A stretch of DNA of 64,000 bases from Myxococcales bacterium (GTDB lineage: Bacteria > Myxococcota_A > Polyangia > Palsa-1104 > JAEUJZ01). Location of the stretch: positions 1 through 64,000 of the forward strand of contig JAVQWY010000014.1 in NCBI GenBank assembly GCA_033578775.1, in the 5' to 3' direction. Position 1 is the first letter of the stretch. Each line of letters starts with the position of its first letter. The position numbers were made by a program, and so were the translations under genes. A model generated the notes under the pieces. It made no database searches. It was not told the DNA's origin and saw nothing but the letters and a program-made list of their open reading frames with translations. Positions 48,370 through 59,230 of this stretch are shown here, one piece after another.

Positions 48370-48433
48370 GGTTCGCTGGCTCCTTCTAACCTCTTTCTTT
48401 GTCTAGGCAAGCGGCCCCACTTTTGAAGAAATC

Positions 48434-50176
48434 TTACCATACGTGAGATTTTTGTGCCGGCCTTTCTTGCACAGAAGACGAAGACCGTCTGCACAGATAG
48501 GTCCGACCCTTGCCGGACCCCAAAATTTGCGCCAGGTCGTCCTCAGGCCCCATCGATATCACATGAAACCCCAGCCGGGAAAGGGCCGCCTGCAGCTCCT
48601 GCTCCCGGCGGCCCACCTCCCAGCTGAAAATCTCGGCGGCTCGTGCAGCGCTGGGCCGGGCCAGCAGGTCCGCAGGCAGGTATCGCCGTGCCACTGGAAA
48701 CAAGTTCACCAGCGAGTGTCCACGCCGGCGACAGGCAGCCGCCGCATGCCCCAGCACCCCAAGGTCACCGGCGATGCCGTCCAGATCTGACACAAGCACG
48801 ACACGGGCCGCGCGCACCGTGGCCGCCAGCCGCAGGGCCGCAGCCAGGCCAGCCGGGCGGTTCTTGCTCGTAGCGCCCCGGTAGGGCAGCTCAATGCCTC
48901 GGTGCAGGCACAGGCGCCGCAGCCAGGTCAGATCCAGCTCGCCCTGGGATTCGGTCTTGGCTTCCAAGATGCGGCGCGCAGCTCCAATCAGCCGCTCCAG
49001 GTCGAAGACCACCTCCGCGCCGGGTGCAACCTGCACCCGCGACCAGGCGCGGACATCGTCGATGCTCGGTGGGCGCGGCAGGCACACATCCAGCCCCTCC
49101 TGCTGCCGCAGGTAGCGCGCCACGCGGGCGCACAGCTCGGCATCGTCCACCCCACAGAAGCGCTCGTCCACCACGTGCATGACCTCGAGTAGCCGCTTGG
49201 TCAGGCGCACACGCTGCGCCGGTCCGCCGGCTGGACGGGTGTGGCTGAACACCGCGCCATCGAAGGTGATAAGGCCCACGCTGTCACCCCCCTCGAGGGC
49301 CGCGCGCGCGTAGCTCAGGCATAGCTCGAGGGCGTGATCCAGCTTCCATGTGCCCGGCCGGCCCTGCCGCATGCTGGCGCCAATGTCCAGAATGAGGTAG
49401 TGGCAGACCAGCGTCTCGCGGTCCAAGTCGCGGACCAGCAGACGGCCATAGGGGGCACGGGCACTGGCCTTCCAGGCGATCAGCTTGAACGGATCGCCAG
49501 GGGCGTACTCGCGCAGCTCGCGCAGCTCACCGCCCAGGCCCCGATGCCGTAGGGCATGCGCCCCGAGCCGCTCGTCAGGGGCCCCTAAGGCGATCCGTTC
49601 CGACAACAGGGTTGCCCGCCCACCGCGGCGGGGCAGCACCTGGATGGGCGTTGGTAGGGGAAAGTAGGCGTCCAGCTCCATCAGCCCCGCGGTGTCGCGG
49701 AGCTGGACGGCCGCACCGTGAATGAACCAGGTGCCGGCCTGCATGGCCACCAGCTCCTGCTCGGCACAGACCTGGCACCGCGGTGGCAGCAGCAGCGGCG
49801 GTGGCGCACGTACCGATGCCAGAGCGCTCGAGTGCAACGGCCGCACCTGGGCACAGCCCAGGGGCAGCGGCGCTAGATTGCGCAGCACCAGCCGCAGAAC
49901 AAAGGGCCGATGCACCAGGATGCCCCGGGGACTCCCATCTGCGCCGCTGGGCTGCTCGACCCACAGGAGCACCTCCAGGTAGCGGCGCCACAGCAGGACT
50001 GCCACCGGGATGAAGCGCAGGTAGAGCGCCAACAGCGCGGCCAACGCCGCCAGACCGCACGCCGACAGCATGAGGCTACCCCCCCCGGCCCCCAGCAGGA
50101 GCAGCACCACCGCGAGGGCGAGCCAGGTCTGCCCCCGTGGGCTTAGCGTAGGGAGGCGGCTGGCGGCGCTGGCCAT
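48434..50176 (-). CDS. DUF58-domain membrane protein (MoxR partner, vWA-like)
   Basis: N-terminal TM helices. The 'GELRELREYAPGDPFKLIAWKASAR' DUF58 core. Lies immediately downstream of MoxR. Confidence 0.65.
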   Translation of the reverse strand: MASAASRLPTLSPRGQTWLALAVVLLLLGAGGGSLMLSACGLAALAALLALYLRFIPVAVLLWRRYLEVLLWVEQPSGADGSPRGILVHRPFVLRLVLRNLAPLPLGCAQVRPLHSSALASVRAPPPLLLPPRCQVCAEQELVAMQAGTWFIHGAAVQLRDTAGLMELDAYFPLPTPIQVLPRRGGRATLLSERIALGAPDERLGAHALRHRGLGGELRELREYAPGDPFKLIAWKASARAPYGRLLVRDLDRETLVCHYLILDIGASMRQGRPGTWKLDHALELCLSYARAALEGGDSVGLITFDGAVFSHTRPAGGPAQRVRLTKRLLEVMHVVDERFCGVDDAELCARVARYLRQQEGLDVCLPRPPSIDDVRAWSRVQVAPGAEVVFDLERLIGAARRILEAKTESQGELDLTWLRRLCLHRGIELPYRGATSKNRPAGLAAALRLAATVRAARVVLVSDLDGIAGDLGVLGHAAAACRRRGHSLVNLFPVARRYLPADLLARPSAARAAEIFSWEVGRREQELQAALSRLGFHVISMGPEDDLAQILGSGKGRTYLCRRSSSSVQERPAQKSHVW

Positions 50177-50181
50177 GTCGC

Positions 50182-51168
50182 CTAGCGCCCTCCCCGACGC
50201 ACCGGTACCTTGCTCAGGGCCTCCTCGATCACGGTCTCGGGCCGTGTGCCCTCCAGCTCGGCATCCGGTAGGAGCAGCAGCCGATGTGCCAGCACCGGGC
50301 GAGCTAGGGCCTTGACGTCATCCGGCAATACATAGTCCCGTCCGCTCAGCAAGGCATGGCTCCGCGCAGCGTGCAGCAGCGACAGCGCCGCCCGCGGCGA
50401 GGCTCCCAGTGCCACCCGCCTGTGGCTCCGGGTAAAGTGCACCAAGCCGAGCACATAGTCATAGATCTCGTCGTCCACATGGACGGCCTCGGCCAGGCGC
50501 TGCAGCTCTAAGATCGCCGGTGGCGACAGGACCGGACGCAGCTCGGGCCGCTTGAAGGAGTAGGTGCGGAGCATCTCCTTTTCTGCGCCCGCGTCCGGGT
50601 AGCCAACTAGCAGTTTCATCAAAAAACGGTCCAGCTGCGCCTCGGGCAGGGGATAGGTGCCCTCGTGCTCCAGGGGGTTCTGCGTGGCCAGCACCATAAA
50701 GGGCTGCCCCAACGAGCGGGTTTGTCCATCCAGGGTCACCTGCCCCTCCTGCATCGCCTCCAGCAGGGCCGCCTGGGTCTTGGGCGGAGCGCGGTTGATC
50801 TCATCGCCCAGGACGATCTGGGAGAAGATCGGCCCTTCGCGCAGGACGAAGCTCTGGCGTGTCGGATCGAGCACGTAGGTGCCCGTAATGTCCGCTGGCA
50901 GCAGGTCGGGCGTAAACTGAATGCGGCGGTGCTCGCAGCCCAGGGCCGCGGCAAAGGCCTTTACCAGGGTGGTCTTGGCGACGCCGGGAACGCCCTCGAG
51001 CAGCACGTGGCCCCGGGACAGCAAGCACACAAGCAGGGCCTCGGCGAGTTCGGGGCTCCCAAGAAAGGCACGACGAACCTCCATCAGCACGGCCTGGCCA
51101 AGACGCTGCGCGTGCGCCAGGCTGTCTGGGGGAAGGGTGGAGGAGCGCTTGACAGGCTCGGCAGTCAT
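50182..51168 (-). CDS. MoxR-family AAA+ ATPase
   Basis: 'LLEGVPGVAKTTL' Walker A, 'VLGDEINRAPPKTQAALLEAM' (Walker B/sensor), and 'RAALSLLHAARSHAL' (C-terminal domain). Start codon overlaps the upstream stop. Confidence 0.85.
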   Translation of the reverse strand: MTAEPVKRSSTLPPDSLAHAQRLGQAVLMEVRRAFLGSPELAEALLVCLLSRGHVLLEGVPGVAKTTLVKAFAAALGCEHRRIQFTPDLLPADITGTYVLDPTRQSFVLREGPIFSQIVLGDEINRAPPKTQAALLEAMQEGQVTLDGQTRSLGQPFMVLATQNPLEHEGTYPLPEAQLDRFLMKLLVGYPDAGAEKEMLRTYSFKRPELRPVLSPPAILELQRLAEAVHVDDEIYDYVLGLVHFTRSHRRVALGASPRAALSLLHAARSHALLSGRDYVLPDDVKALARPVLAHRLLLLPDAELEGTRPETVIEEALSKVPVRRGGR

Positions 51169-52562
51169 CAGGGCGGTTCGGACGGCGGTCCGCGGCGGTC
51201 CAGCTCGGCAAACAGTGCCACAGCCAGGGCATAGAGTCGATCCATCCGCCATGCCGGGAGCCACCGCGTGCTCTGCCGCGCCGCCTCCGCCTGGTTCCAT
51301 CCGGGCAGGATGCGGAGCTCACGCCACAGGGCGGCGGCCAGACGGCCAGCTTGCGGTCCGGCCGTCTGAGCGACATGACGCGCCACGTCGTCCGGGGTCA
51401 CCCGTGCCGACGCTGTCTGACCGTATCGCGGCAGGCCCTGCAGGTGAGGCGAGAGCCGCCGCAGCACCTCTTCACGCAGCAGGATCGCCGGATAGATAAA
51501 CCCCCAGGGTACCTTGCGGCGGCCATAGCGCACAACCAGGTCGGGCAGCGCCATCCCGCTGCCGTGTCCGGCCCGGTCGGCGCCAGCAAAGCCATCGTCG
51601 AGCTGCGCGCCTTGGAGCGGCACGTAGCGCAACAGCAGCAGCAGCGTAGCCACGCCCAGCACCAGCCCAGAGAGCGCCGCCGCATCCAGCCCCCCCCTGG
51701 AAGGGCCAGGGTGGGCTAGCGTGCGCTGGATGTGTTCGTTGCCCTCCGCAAGAAGGAGGTTCAGGCGACTCCACACATCGCCCTCTGCCGCAGGTGGCGG
51801 CGCGCCGGTCAGCACCGCCGGCGGGACACCCCGGCTGGACGCCATGCCGGTGAGGAGCACGAGACGGTCCTCGCCAGGTCGACAGAACTGGCGTAAAAGT
51901 GCCTGAGCGAAGGCCAGATTGCCCTCGAACTCGAGCATGTTGTTGATGAGGATGCTAGGGTCTGACAAGGCGACGAAGCGGCCGCGGCCGAGCGTCCCCT
52001 CGATGATCGCCCCCAGCCCTGGTAGAAAGGCATACGTGGCGGGCAGCACGCTTTCAAAGGCAGCAGGGTGGTTGGTCACCAGCTCTGTGGCAGCGGTGCC
52101 CAGCGCTGTGGACCGCACAGCCCGGGCCAGAGGCAGTGTGGCCCCCGGGCGAAAGGTCGGCACGGAGGCTGGCAGCGGCCCCTGGTGGCGACGGATGCCA
52201 AGGCGAGCCAGCACCCCTGCACCCTGTCCGAAATCGTCGCCGATCACCAGGCGCCCGCCGGCGGCCAGGAACGCCACCACGCTGTGCTCCTGCAGCGGGC
52301 GCTCCGGATAGAGCACCACCAGGACATCGCGGCCACCCAGCTCGGCAAAGTCCAGCACGCTTGCCGTCTGCAGCGGGCACCCCATGGAGGTGGCTAGCTC
52401 GGCAAACCGCGACAGGCCGTTCCAGCCGGTGTGGGCTGGGTGGTAGTCTCGCCTCGCCAACCTGCTGCCCAGCGAGGGGTCGGTAGGTGCCGGCTGCGCC
52501 CCTGCGGCGGCGGCCCACAGCAGCCAGGGGGCCAGCACTTGCCAGCGGGGACGTCGAGTCAC
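51168..52562 (-). CDS. secreted hypothetical protein, possibly DUF4350-like partner of MoxR/DUF58
   Basis: GTG start with signal 'RRPRWQVLAPWLLWAAAAGAQ'. The long upstream ORF extension was rejected as low-complexity. C-terminal TM segment. Confidence 0.35.
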   Translation of the reverse strand: MTRRPRWQVLAPWLLWAAAAGAQPAPTDPSLGSRLARRDYHPAHTGWNGLSRFAELATSMGCPLQTASVLDFAELGGRDVLVVLYPERPLQEHSVVAFLAAGGRLVIGDDFGQGAGVLARLGIRRHQGPLPASVPTFRPGATLPLARAVRSTALGTAATELVTNHPAAFESVLPATYAFLPGLGAIIEGTLGRGRFVALSDPSILINNMLEFEGNLAFAQALLRQFCRPGEDRLVLLTGMASSRGVPPAVLTGAPPPAAEGDVWSRLNLLLAEGNEHIQRTLAHPGPSRGGLDAAALSGLVLGVATLLLLLRYVPLQGAQLDDGFAGADRAGHGSGMALPDLVVRYGRRKVPWGFIYPAILLREEVLRRLSPHLQGLPRYGQTASARVTPDDVARHVAQTAGPQAGRLAAALWRELRILPGWNQAEAARQSTRWLPAWRMDRLYALAVALFAELDRRGPPSEPP

Positions 52563-53494
52563 GATTTTCTCTGGCCTGATAGCTCCGCCTCCTGGGCCCG
52601 CTGAATCTCCTGTAAGCGCTCCGGATACCGGCGGATCTGCAGCTTGCCTGCCAGGTTGTCGATCCAACGCAGGAACTCGCGTTGTTGCACCCGCGGAAAC
52701 AGGCTCTGGCGGATGGTGGGCGTGGCCTCCTCCAGCGACACGTTCTCCTCGGGAATGTCCGAGGCCAGGCGGATGACATGGTATCCGTACGAGGTCCGCA
52801 CAACTGGAGAGATCTGACCTGGCTGGACAAGGTCGAAGGAAGCCTTGGCGAAGGGTTCCTCCGTCCAGCCCTGCCGGGCTGTGACGACCCGTTCGGAGAT
52901 CAGCTGGCATCCGATGGCCCGGGCCCGCGCATCGAAGCTCTGGTAAAGATTCATAAATTCCTCGGCGGTCTTGGTCTCCAGAGCGCGCTGGCGAATCTCC
53001 TCGGCCAGCGCCTCGGCCTGGGGATCGTCTTTCTTGGTCTGCACAAGCAGGTGGTTCACTTCTTTGAGGGGAGGATGGACCAGGCGGGGCAGGGCGTTCT
53101 GGTATGCCTTGCGGATCTCGAGTGAACTCACCGATTTCTCTGGCGTCACTTCTTTCTCGAAGACCTCCTTCAGGTACCGCCGCACCATCTCCTGGCGGGC
53201 CTGCCGCTGGACGTCGGGGTGGCCAGCAAGCCCCTGGGCGTCGGCCTGCTGGGCCAAGATCTCGCCGCGCACCAGTGCCTCCAGCGCCTCGGCCGGAGAC
53301 TGGCCAGCAGCCTTGGCTTGAGCTACCACCTGTGCCACTGTGATCGGGGCGCCGTTGACAGTGGCCACCACTTCCTCCGCGGGCGGCGGTGGCAGGACCG
53401 GCAGGCGATGCTGAGCCACCGGCGGGGGCGGGCGGGAGCAGCCCAACAGCAGCCCCCCTAAAATTGCGCAGGCAGCAGCTCTGTGCGCCCTCAT
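52559..53494 (-). CDS. parvulin-type peptidyl-prolyl isomerase lipoprotein (SurA/PpiC-like)
   Basis: Lipobox 'LLLGCS'. Parvulin motif '...ISPVVRTSYGYHVIRL'. Confidence 0.7.
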   Translation of the reverse strand: MRAHRAAACAILGGLLLGCSRPPPPVAQHRLPVLPPPPAEEVVATVNGAPITVAQVVAQAKAAGQSPAEALEALVRGEILAQQADAQGLAGHPDVQRQARQEMVRRYLKEVFEKEVTPEKSVSSLEIRKAYQNALPRLVHPPLKEVNHLLVQTKKDDPQAEALAEEIRQRALETKTAEEFMNLYQSFDARARAIGCQLISERVVTARQGWTEEPFAKASFDLVQPGQISPVVRTSYGYHVIRLASDIPEENVSLEEATPTIRQSLFPRVQQREFLRWIDNLAGKLQIRRYPERLQEIQRAQEAELSGQRKS

Positions 53495-53685
53495 GCGCTC
53501 CGCTCCGCCAGGGCCAGCCGCGCCAGCTCACCGCCGGCCCACATCGTGAACAGGCCAATCAGGGTGAGCATGCCTGCAGCGACATAGTCGCGTCGCGACA
53601 GGTACGACACGCACTCCCAGAAAAAAACCAGGCTGCCAGCCATCATGAGCAATGTGAGGAGCTGGAAGTAGGGAAATGACTTCAT
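53491..53685 (-). CDS. small membrane protein (64 aa)
   Basis: Two TM helices. Stop overlaps the PPIase start. Confidence 0.35.
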   Translation of the reverse strand: MKSFPYFQLLTLLMMAGSLVFFWECVSYLSRRDYVAAGMLTLIGLFTMWAGGELARLALAERSA

Positions 53686-54425
53686 GGAAATAGACTCCGG
53701 TGGATGAGCATTGCCATGCTCAACACAGCGAGCACCATGGCGATGTAGAACTGGGGCCTAGGCCGGCCGGTGCGCGCCTGGCGGCGCAGGGTTGCGATCT
53801 GGGCCGCGGTTGTCCGGTCGTGCAGCAGATGCGACACCAGCGGACCTGCCAGGAAGAAGTGGAAGGCCGTCGTCCACAGCAGAGCCAGAGCCGACAGGGC
53901 AGCGGCCTGCACGCCTGCGATCCGCTCCGGCGTCTCGAAGGAGAGACGGAAGGCGCGTTGCGTCTCGGGATCCAGCAGCAGCGCATACAGCAGCAGGGCC
54001 GGCGCGACGATGCTGTAGGCAACCAACAGACGATAGATCTGGACCCGACGGCGCCAGCGCCATGGCACATCCGAGTCGGGCAGGGTGGTCGCCGGAGGAG
54101 TGGACGGCGCCGGGGCGAGCGCCCGGCTGGTGGTCCATAGGTAGCCGATGAGGACAGCTGCCTGGAGCGCCACGACCGGCCGCGGATGAAGCATGGCGTG
54201 GGCCAGCGGGCCGTCGAGCACAGGCAGAAAGGTAGCCAGTGGCACGCCCAGCAGCAGCACCAGCCGCGCCCCACGGGCCGCAGGCCGCAGGAGCCACAGA
54301 AGCAGCAGCGGTGCGAGCGGCAGGAGCACCAGGACAGGCCCCCTGGGGCGGGGGCCGAGCAGGGCGGGCACGCCGATGGTCAGGAGCCACAGGTTGAGGC
54401 CCAGTGCCGCCGGCCACAAGGTCAT
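53682..54425 (-). CDS. polytopic membrane protein, hypothetical
   Basis: About 7 hydrophobic helices. No catalytic motifs seen. Confidence 0.45.
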   Translation of the reverse strand: MTLWPAALGLNLWLLTIGVPALLGPRPRGPVLVLLPLAPLLLLWLLRPAARGARLVLLLGVPLATFLPVLDGPLAHAMLHPRPVVALQAAVLIGYLWTTSRALAPAPSTPPATTLPDSDVPWRWRRRVQIYRLLVAYSIVAPALLLYALLLDPETQRAFRLSFETPERIAGVQAAALSALALLWTTAFHFFLAGPLVSHLLHDRTTAAQIATLRRQARTGRPRPQFYIAMVLAVLSMAMLIHRSLFP

Positions 54426-54526
54426 AACATCATCATAGCATAGAGCCACCGACGAGACGATCTAAGCCTGCCGGGCGGCAGGCAGGGCAGGCACAACGCG
54501 CACAGGGCGTGCTAAAGTGCCACGTC

Positions 54527-55642
54527 ATGGCGTTTCGGCGCGGTGTATGTCATCTGGTCTTGTGTCTGGGGCTGGCCATGGCTCTGTCCGGGGCTGGCGC
54601 AGCACCGCGTGCCAAGAGGCAGGACCACGGCGAGATGCCCCCTCCCCAGGTGACGCCTGGCGAGAAGGTGGCAGTGGCCCTGCTGGAGCTGGGGCGAAAG
54701 CGGTTCGAGCAGGGGGACCTGGCGGGGGCTCTGGAGGCCTTCGGCCGGGCGCAGAGGGAGGCACCCCGGGACCCCCGGCCGCTGTACCTGCGCGCGGCCG
54801 TCTACCACAAGATGAACAAGATCGCCGAGGCGGAGGCGGACCTGCGCGCGGCGCTGGCCCTGGATCCGAAGCTGGCCGACGTCCGGGCCGAATTGGGCGC
54901 GATCCTGATCGACAGCGGCCGCACCGCCGACGCGGTGAGCGAGCTGGAGCAGGCGGTGGCGCTTCAACCCGATCATTTCGAGGCGCTGTTCAACCTGGGG
55001 GTGGCGCATGAGACGCTCGGCCGCTGGAGCGAGGCGGCCAGGGCCTACGAGCGTGCGGCGCGTATCCGGCCGCAGGACGCCGATGTCCGTCTGAACCTGG
55101 CCGCCGCGCTGCGCCGCAGTGGCCAGCACGATGCCGCCCTGCGCGCAGCCCGCGAGGCCGTGCAGCTCGCGCCGGACGACGCACAGGCACATTTCAATCT
55201 GGGGCTGATGCTGGCCGAGGTCAAGCGGCTGGACGAGGCCGCTGCCGAACTGGTGGCGGCCACGCGCCTGGACCCAACGATGCACAAGGCCTGGTGGCGC
55301 CTGGGCGTGGTGCACTCCCGCCGCGGCGACTTCGACCAGGCCCTTGCGGCTCTGTCGCGGGCGCGCGCGCTCAAGGCCACACCCGAAGTCCTGACCGACC
55401 TGGGCCAGGTGCAGCGCAAGCGAGGCGATCTTGCGGCCGCCGAGCAGAGCTTTCGCAGTGCTGTCGGCCTAGATGGTCGCTACCATGTCGCACGCATCTA
55501 CCTGGCCTCGATGCTGGCCCAGACCAACCGCTGCAAGGAGGCGCTGGGGGAACTCGCCCGCGTTCCAGAGCGACCCGACTACATCGAGTCTGTCCACCGC
55601 GTCCGCGCCCAGTGTCAGTTCAACCGCGCGGCGAAGAAGTAA
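54527..55642 (+). CDS. secreted TPR-repeat protein
   Basis: Signal peptide 'LVLCLGLAMALSGAGAA'. At least 8 TPR units with 'A..Y.RA..L.P' patterns. Confidence 0.7.
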   Translation: MAFRRGVCHLVLCLGLAMALSGAGAAPRAKRQDHGEMPPPQVTPGEKVAVALLELGRKRFEQGDLAGALEAFGRAQREAPRDPRPLYLRAAVYHKMNKIAEAEADLRAALALDPKLADVRAELGAILIDSGRTADAVSELEQAVALQPDHFEALFNLGVAHETLGRWSEAARAYERAARIRPQDADVRLNLAAALRRSGQHDAALRAAREAVQLAPDDAQAHFNLGLMLAEVKRLDEAAAELVAATRLDPTMHKAWWRLGVVHSRRGDFDQALAALSRARALKATPEVLTDLGQVQRKRGDLAAAEQSFRSAVGLDGRYHVARIYLASMLAQTNRCKEALGELARVPERPDYIESVHRVRAQCQFNRAAKK

Positions 55643-55742
55643 TGGTCGGCGTCAGGTCCCCTGGCCCAGGCTGCTCCACCCCGCAACAGGCGACCTTGGT
55701 TTGTGAGGAAGCAATGGTCGGCATCGTGCCCCCTGGCCCCCC

Positions 55743-56153
55743 TCAGCGCATGCACCCTGGGGGAGGGTTGGTCACGCAGGCCGTGGGCGTGCAGGCGCAC
55801 CCAGCACCTCCGCTGTCGCACTCGCACTGAGCCCCCTCGCCGCAGGGGTTGCCCATGTCGAGCCGGGGGTCGCACAGGAAGGTGCAGAAGAACGTCTTGC
55901 GCATGGCCGTGTTGCCCAGCGACGAGCAGATGGTGGCGCGCATGTTGTTCTGGCAGTCCGCTATCCCCTGGCAGTACTTGCCAACGCCCAGGGAGTTGCC
56001 GGTGTCGCCGGGCCGGCCGCAGCAGGACTGGATGACCATGTCGCCCGAGGACGAGCTCAGGTCAGGCATCGACATGGCCATGTCGGTGTCAGCGGGGGCT
56101 GGGTTGTTGCAGGACAGCGAGGCTAGGCACAGGATTAGAATTAGGTTCCGCAT
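55743..56153 (-). CDS. Cys-rich lipoprotein
   Basis: Lipobox 'LASLSC'. 16 Cys in about 110 mature residues. Confidence 0.45.
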   Translation of the reverse strand: MRNLILILCLASLSCNNPAPADTDMAMSMPDLSSSSGDMVIQSCCGRPGDTGNSLGVGKYCQGIADCQNNMRATICSSLGNTAMRKTFFCTFLCDPRLDMGNPCGEGAQCECDSGGAGCACTPTACVTNPPPGCMR

Positions 56154-56365
56154 AAGGCGGAGGGTAGCGAGGCCCTTGCGGGGCGTCAATCGCGGAGCCT
56201 GTGGCCATCCAGCAGGGGGGAGCGACATGCGCCGTTGACTGGGGGCGGACGGTTGCAGGGGCAGACGGAGCCCCTACCTAGATAGGGGAACGTGCATCCA
56301 GAACGCGCAGGCAGGTTTCTCGGTGCGGCTTGCTGCATCGTCCAACAGGGGTCTGGGAGTCTCTT

Positions 56366-57235
56366 ATGAAGGAAAAGTTTCTCATCGGTGTCCGAGCCGA
56401 CGACCCGGAGCTCCTTCGCGGCTGCTCCTCGGCCGTTTCCAGCTTGGCGGAAACGCTGCCCATCCCCACCAGCTTGGACCTGCCGGGGCACTGCAGCGTG
56501 GACCTGGTGTTGTGGGCCCTTGGCGTCCCGCCGTGCGCGGACCTAGAACCCCTGGCCCGGTGGCGGGCACGGTATGCGCGTGTGCCCATCCTTCTGATGG
56601 GCCATGGCCTCAGCGCAGATGAGGCCGTGGAGCTGGTCCAGTGCGGGGTGAGGGACTTTCTGTCTCTGCCGCCGGACTGGACCGCGCTGGGGCGCAAGGT
56701 GCGGCGGATCCTGCTTGGGCGCCCACAGCCGGCGTTCGACACGCCGCTGCTCTCGCTGTGGATGGCTGCTCCCCAAGCCACCGCCGGATGGCGCGAGCCG
56801 GAGCCGGAGATGCCAAACCGGCGCCACTGCTTCCGCGCCCGCCTGCCCTGCAGCCAGCGCACCGTGGTGCAGATGCACTTTGCCACCGAGACGGTGGAGG
56901 GGCTGCTGGCCGATCTCTCCGTGGAAACCGAGGGGCACTGGGGCGGCATGCTGCTGATCGTGGACGGCACCCGGCGGGCGCTGCTGCCGCCGGCCGACCA
57001 GCTGGTGCGCGGCCTGCAGTTCTGCATGACCACCCTGCTGCCTGAGCATCGTGCTCCGCTGGAGTTGCAAGCGCGGTTGATCCGCGTCGCGTCTCCACCC
57101 TCCACCTGCGCTCCGGTGCGTCTAGGGGTCCAGTACGGACCGCCACCCCCTGCGGTGCATGAGGCGATCCGGCGGTTTTGGTTGATGTGCCAGCGCCGCT
57201 TGATGCACCTGGTAGTTGACAGCGGCCCCCGCTAG
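56366..57235 (+). CDS. receiver-like domain + PilZ domain protein (putative c-di-GMP effector)
   Basis: REC-like 'VDLVLW...PILLMGHGLSADEAVELVQCGVRDFLSLP'. PilZ-like 'RRHCFRARL' (RxxxR) and 'DLSVETEGHWGG' (DxSxxG). Confidence 0.55.
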   Translation: MKEKFLIGVRADDPELLRGCSSAVSSLAETLPIPTSLDLPGHCSVDLVLWALGVPPCADLEPLARWRARYARVPILLMGHGLSADEAVELVQCGVRDFLSLPPDWTALGRKVRRILLGRPQPAFDTPLLSLWMAAPQATAGWREPEPEMPNRRHCFRARLPCSQRTVVQMHFATETVEGLLADLSVETEGHWGGMLLIVDGTRRALLPPADQLVRGLQFCMTTLLPEHRAPLELQARLIRVASPPSTCAPVRLGVQYGPPPPAVHEAIRRFWLMCQRRLMHLVVDSGPR

Positions 57236-57297
57236 CTGTACCAGACTTTCTTTCGTGGCGCTTGCCAAGCGCCCTTCCGGACCAAGGAACCCAATCC

Positions 57298-57873
<576 letters not shown>

Positions 57874-57922
57874 CTGGCTTCGTCGGGCTGACCCTGGCAT
57901 CCTGCTGGACGTTCGGCGGGCC

Positions 57923-59230
57923 ATGGAACCTGCAAAGACACCCACCCACCGCCTGGCTGACCTCGGCGCAGGCGCGTCGGGAAAGGGGCCCGTGCGGGTG
58001 TGCGGTCGGGTGGTGCAGTGCGCAGCCGATGGCTTGCTGCTGGATGATGGGTCTGCGGCGCGGAGCTTCCTCCGGACGCCGGGAGATGAGACGGTGCGCG
58101 CCGGGGACCTGGTGGTGTTGGAATTGCCCGATGCGAGCTGTGTGCAGCCAGTGGGGGTGTGGGTTGTGGGCCGCCATGCGGGCCTGGGGGAGTTTCCCTC
58201 CCCCGAGGGGGAGTGGTACCGCCTGCATCGCAACGGCGCGCGGCGGCTACGCAACCTCATGCGGCGCTCGGTGCTGCTAACCGCGGTGCGGCGGTTCTTT
58301 GCAGACCGGGGCTTCGTCGAGATCGAGGCCCCGCTGCTGGTTCCGGCGCCAGGCCTGGAGCTGCACCTGGATGCATTTGCTGTCGGCAAAGATCGCTATC
58401 TTATTACCTCGCCAGAGTATCAGCTCAAGCGCCTCTTGGTCGGGGGGTTAAGCCGCATCTTCAGCCTCGGGAAAGCCTTTCGCCGTGGCGAGGCCGGACC
58501 GCAGCACAACCCCGAGTTCACCCTGCTGGAATGGTATCGTGCCTGGGAGGGGTGGGAGGCCGTCGCACGCGATGTGGAGGAACTGTGCGCCGAGTTGGCG
58601 ACGGCGGTGGCGGGGCGGCCTCGGGTCCGGTACCGTGATAAAGAGGTGGATCTTACGCCCCCATGGACGCGCATGACCGTTGCGGAGGCCCTGGAGCGCT
58701 ACGCCGGGGTCCGACTCCGTGGCGACGAGAGCACCGAGGAGCTCCGGCACCTGCTCCGCCGCGCAGGACATGACCCGCGCGGGGCGGAGTCGTGGGACGA
58801 CCTGTTTTTCTCTGTGTTTCTGGACCGCGTCGAGCCCCACCTGGGACGAGCACAAAGCCCAGATGAGGCGGCCCGTCCCGTGGTGCTGCATGACTGGCCT
58901 CGGCCCTTGGGGGCCCTTGCGAGGAGCAAACCAGGTGCGCCAGAAGTGGTGGAGCGCTTCGAGGCATACGCTGGCGGCCTGGAGCTGTGCAATGGCTTCG
59001 GAGAGCTTTGCGATCCGGTGGAGCAACGAGCGCGGTTCATGCAGGACCTGGCCGAGCGGCAGCGACGGGGGCTGCCGACCTACCCGCTGGATGAGCGCTT
59101 CCTGGCAGCCCTCGCTGAGGGCATGCCCCCATCAGGGGGGGTGGCACTGGGCCTGGACCGGCTGCTCATGCTGCTGCTGGAGGCAGAAGACATCAGCGAG
59201 GTGCTCCCGTTTGCCTGGAGCGAACTCTAG
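57923..59230 (+). CDS. epmA: EF-P lysine aminoacylase (class II LysRS paralogue) with about 110-aa N-terminal extension
   Basis: Class II aaRS motifs ('FRRGEAGPQHNPEFTLLEWY', 'GGVALGLDRLLMLL'). Lies directly downstream of efp. Confidence 0.8.
   Translation: MEPAKTPTHRLADLGAGASGKGPVRVCGRVVQCAADGLLLDDGSAARSFLRTPGDETVRAGDLVVLELPDASCVQPVGVWVVGRHAGLGEFPSPEGEWYRLHRNGARRLRNLMRRSVLLTAVRRFFADRGFVEIEAPLLVPAPGLELHLDAFAVGKDRYLITSPEYQLKRLLVGGLSRIFSLGKAFRRGEAGPQHNPEFTLLEWYRAWEGWEAVARDVEELCAELATAVAGRPRVRYRDKEVDLTPPWTRMTVAEALERYAGVRLRGDESTEELRHLLRRAGHDPRGAESWDDLFFSVFLDRVEPHLGRAQSPDEAARPVVLHDWPRPLGALARSKPGAPEVVERFEAYAGGLELCNGFGELCDPVEQRARFMQDLAERQRRGLPTYPLDERFLAALAEGMPPSGGVALGLDRLLMLLLEAEDISEVLPFAWSEL

Noticed and set aside
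52563-53558. N-terminal 330 codons of the 796-aa ORF 51168..53558
   Set aside because: It is low-complexity Gly/Pro/Arg/Ala sequence overlapping, in another frame, the convincing SurA-like PPIase gene. The ORF was split and only 51168..52562 kept.
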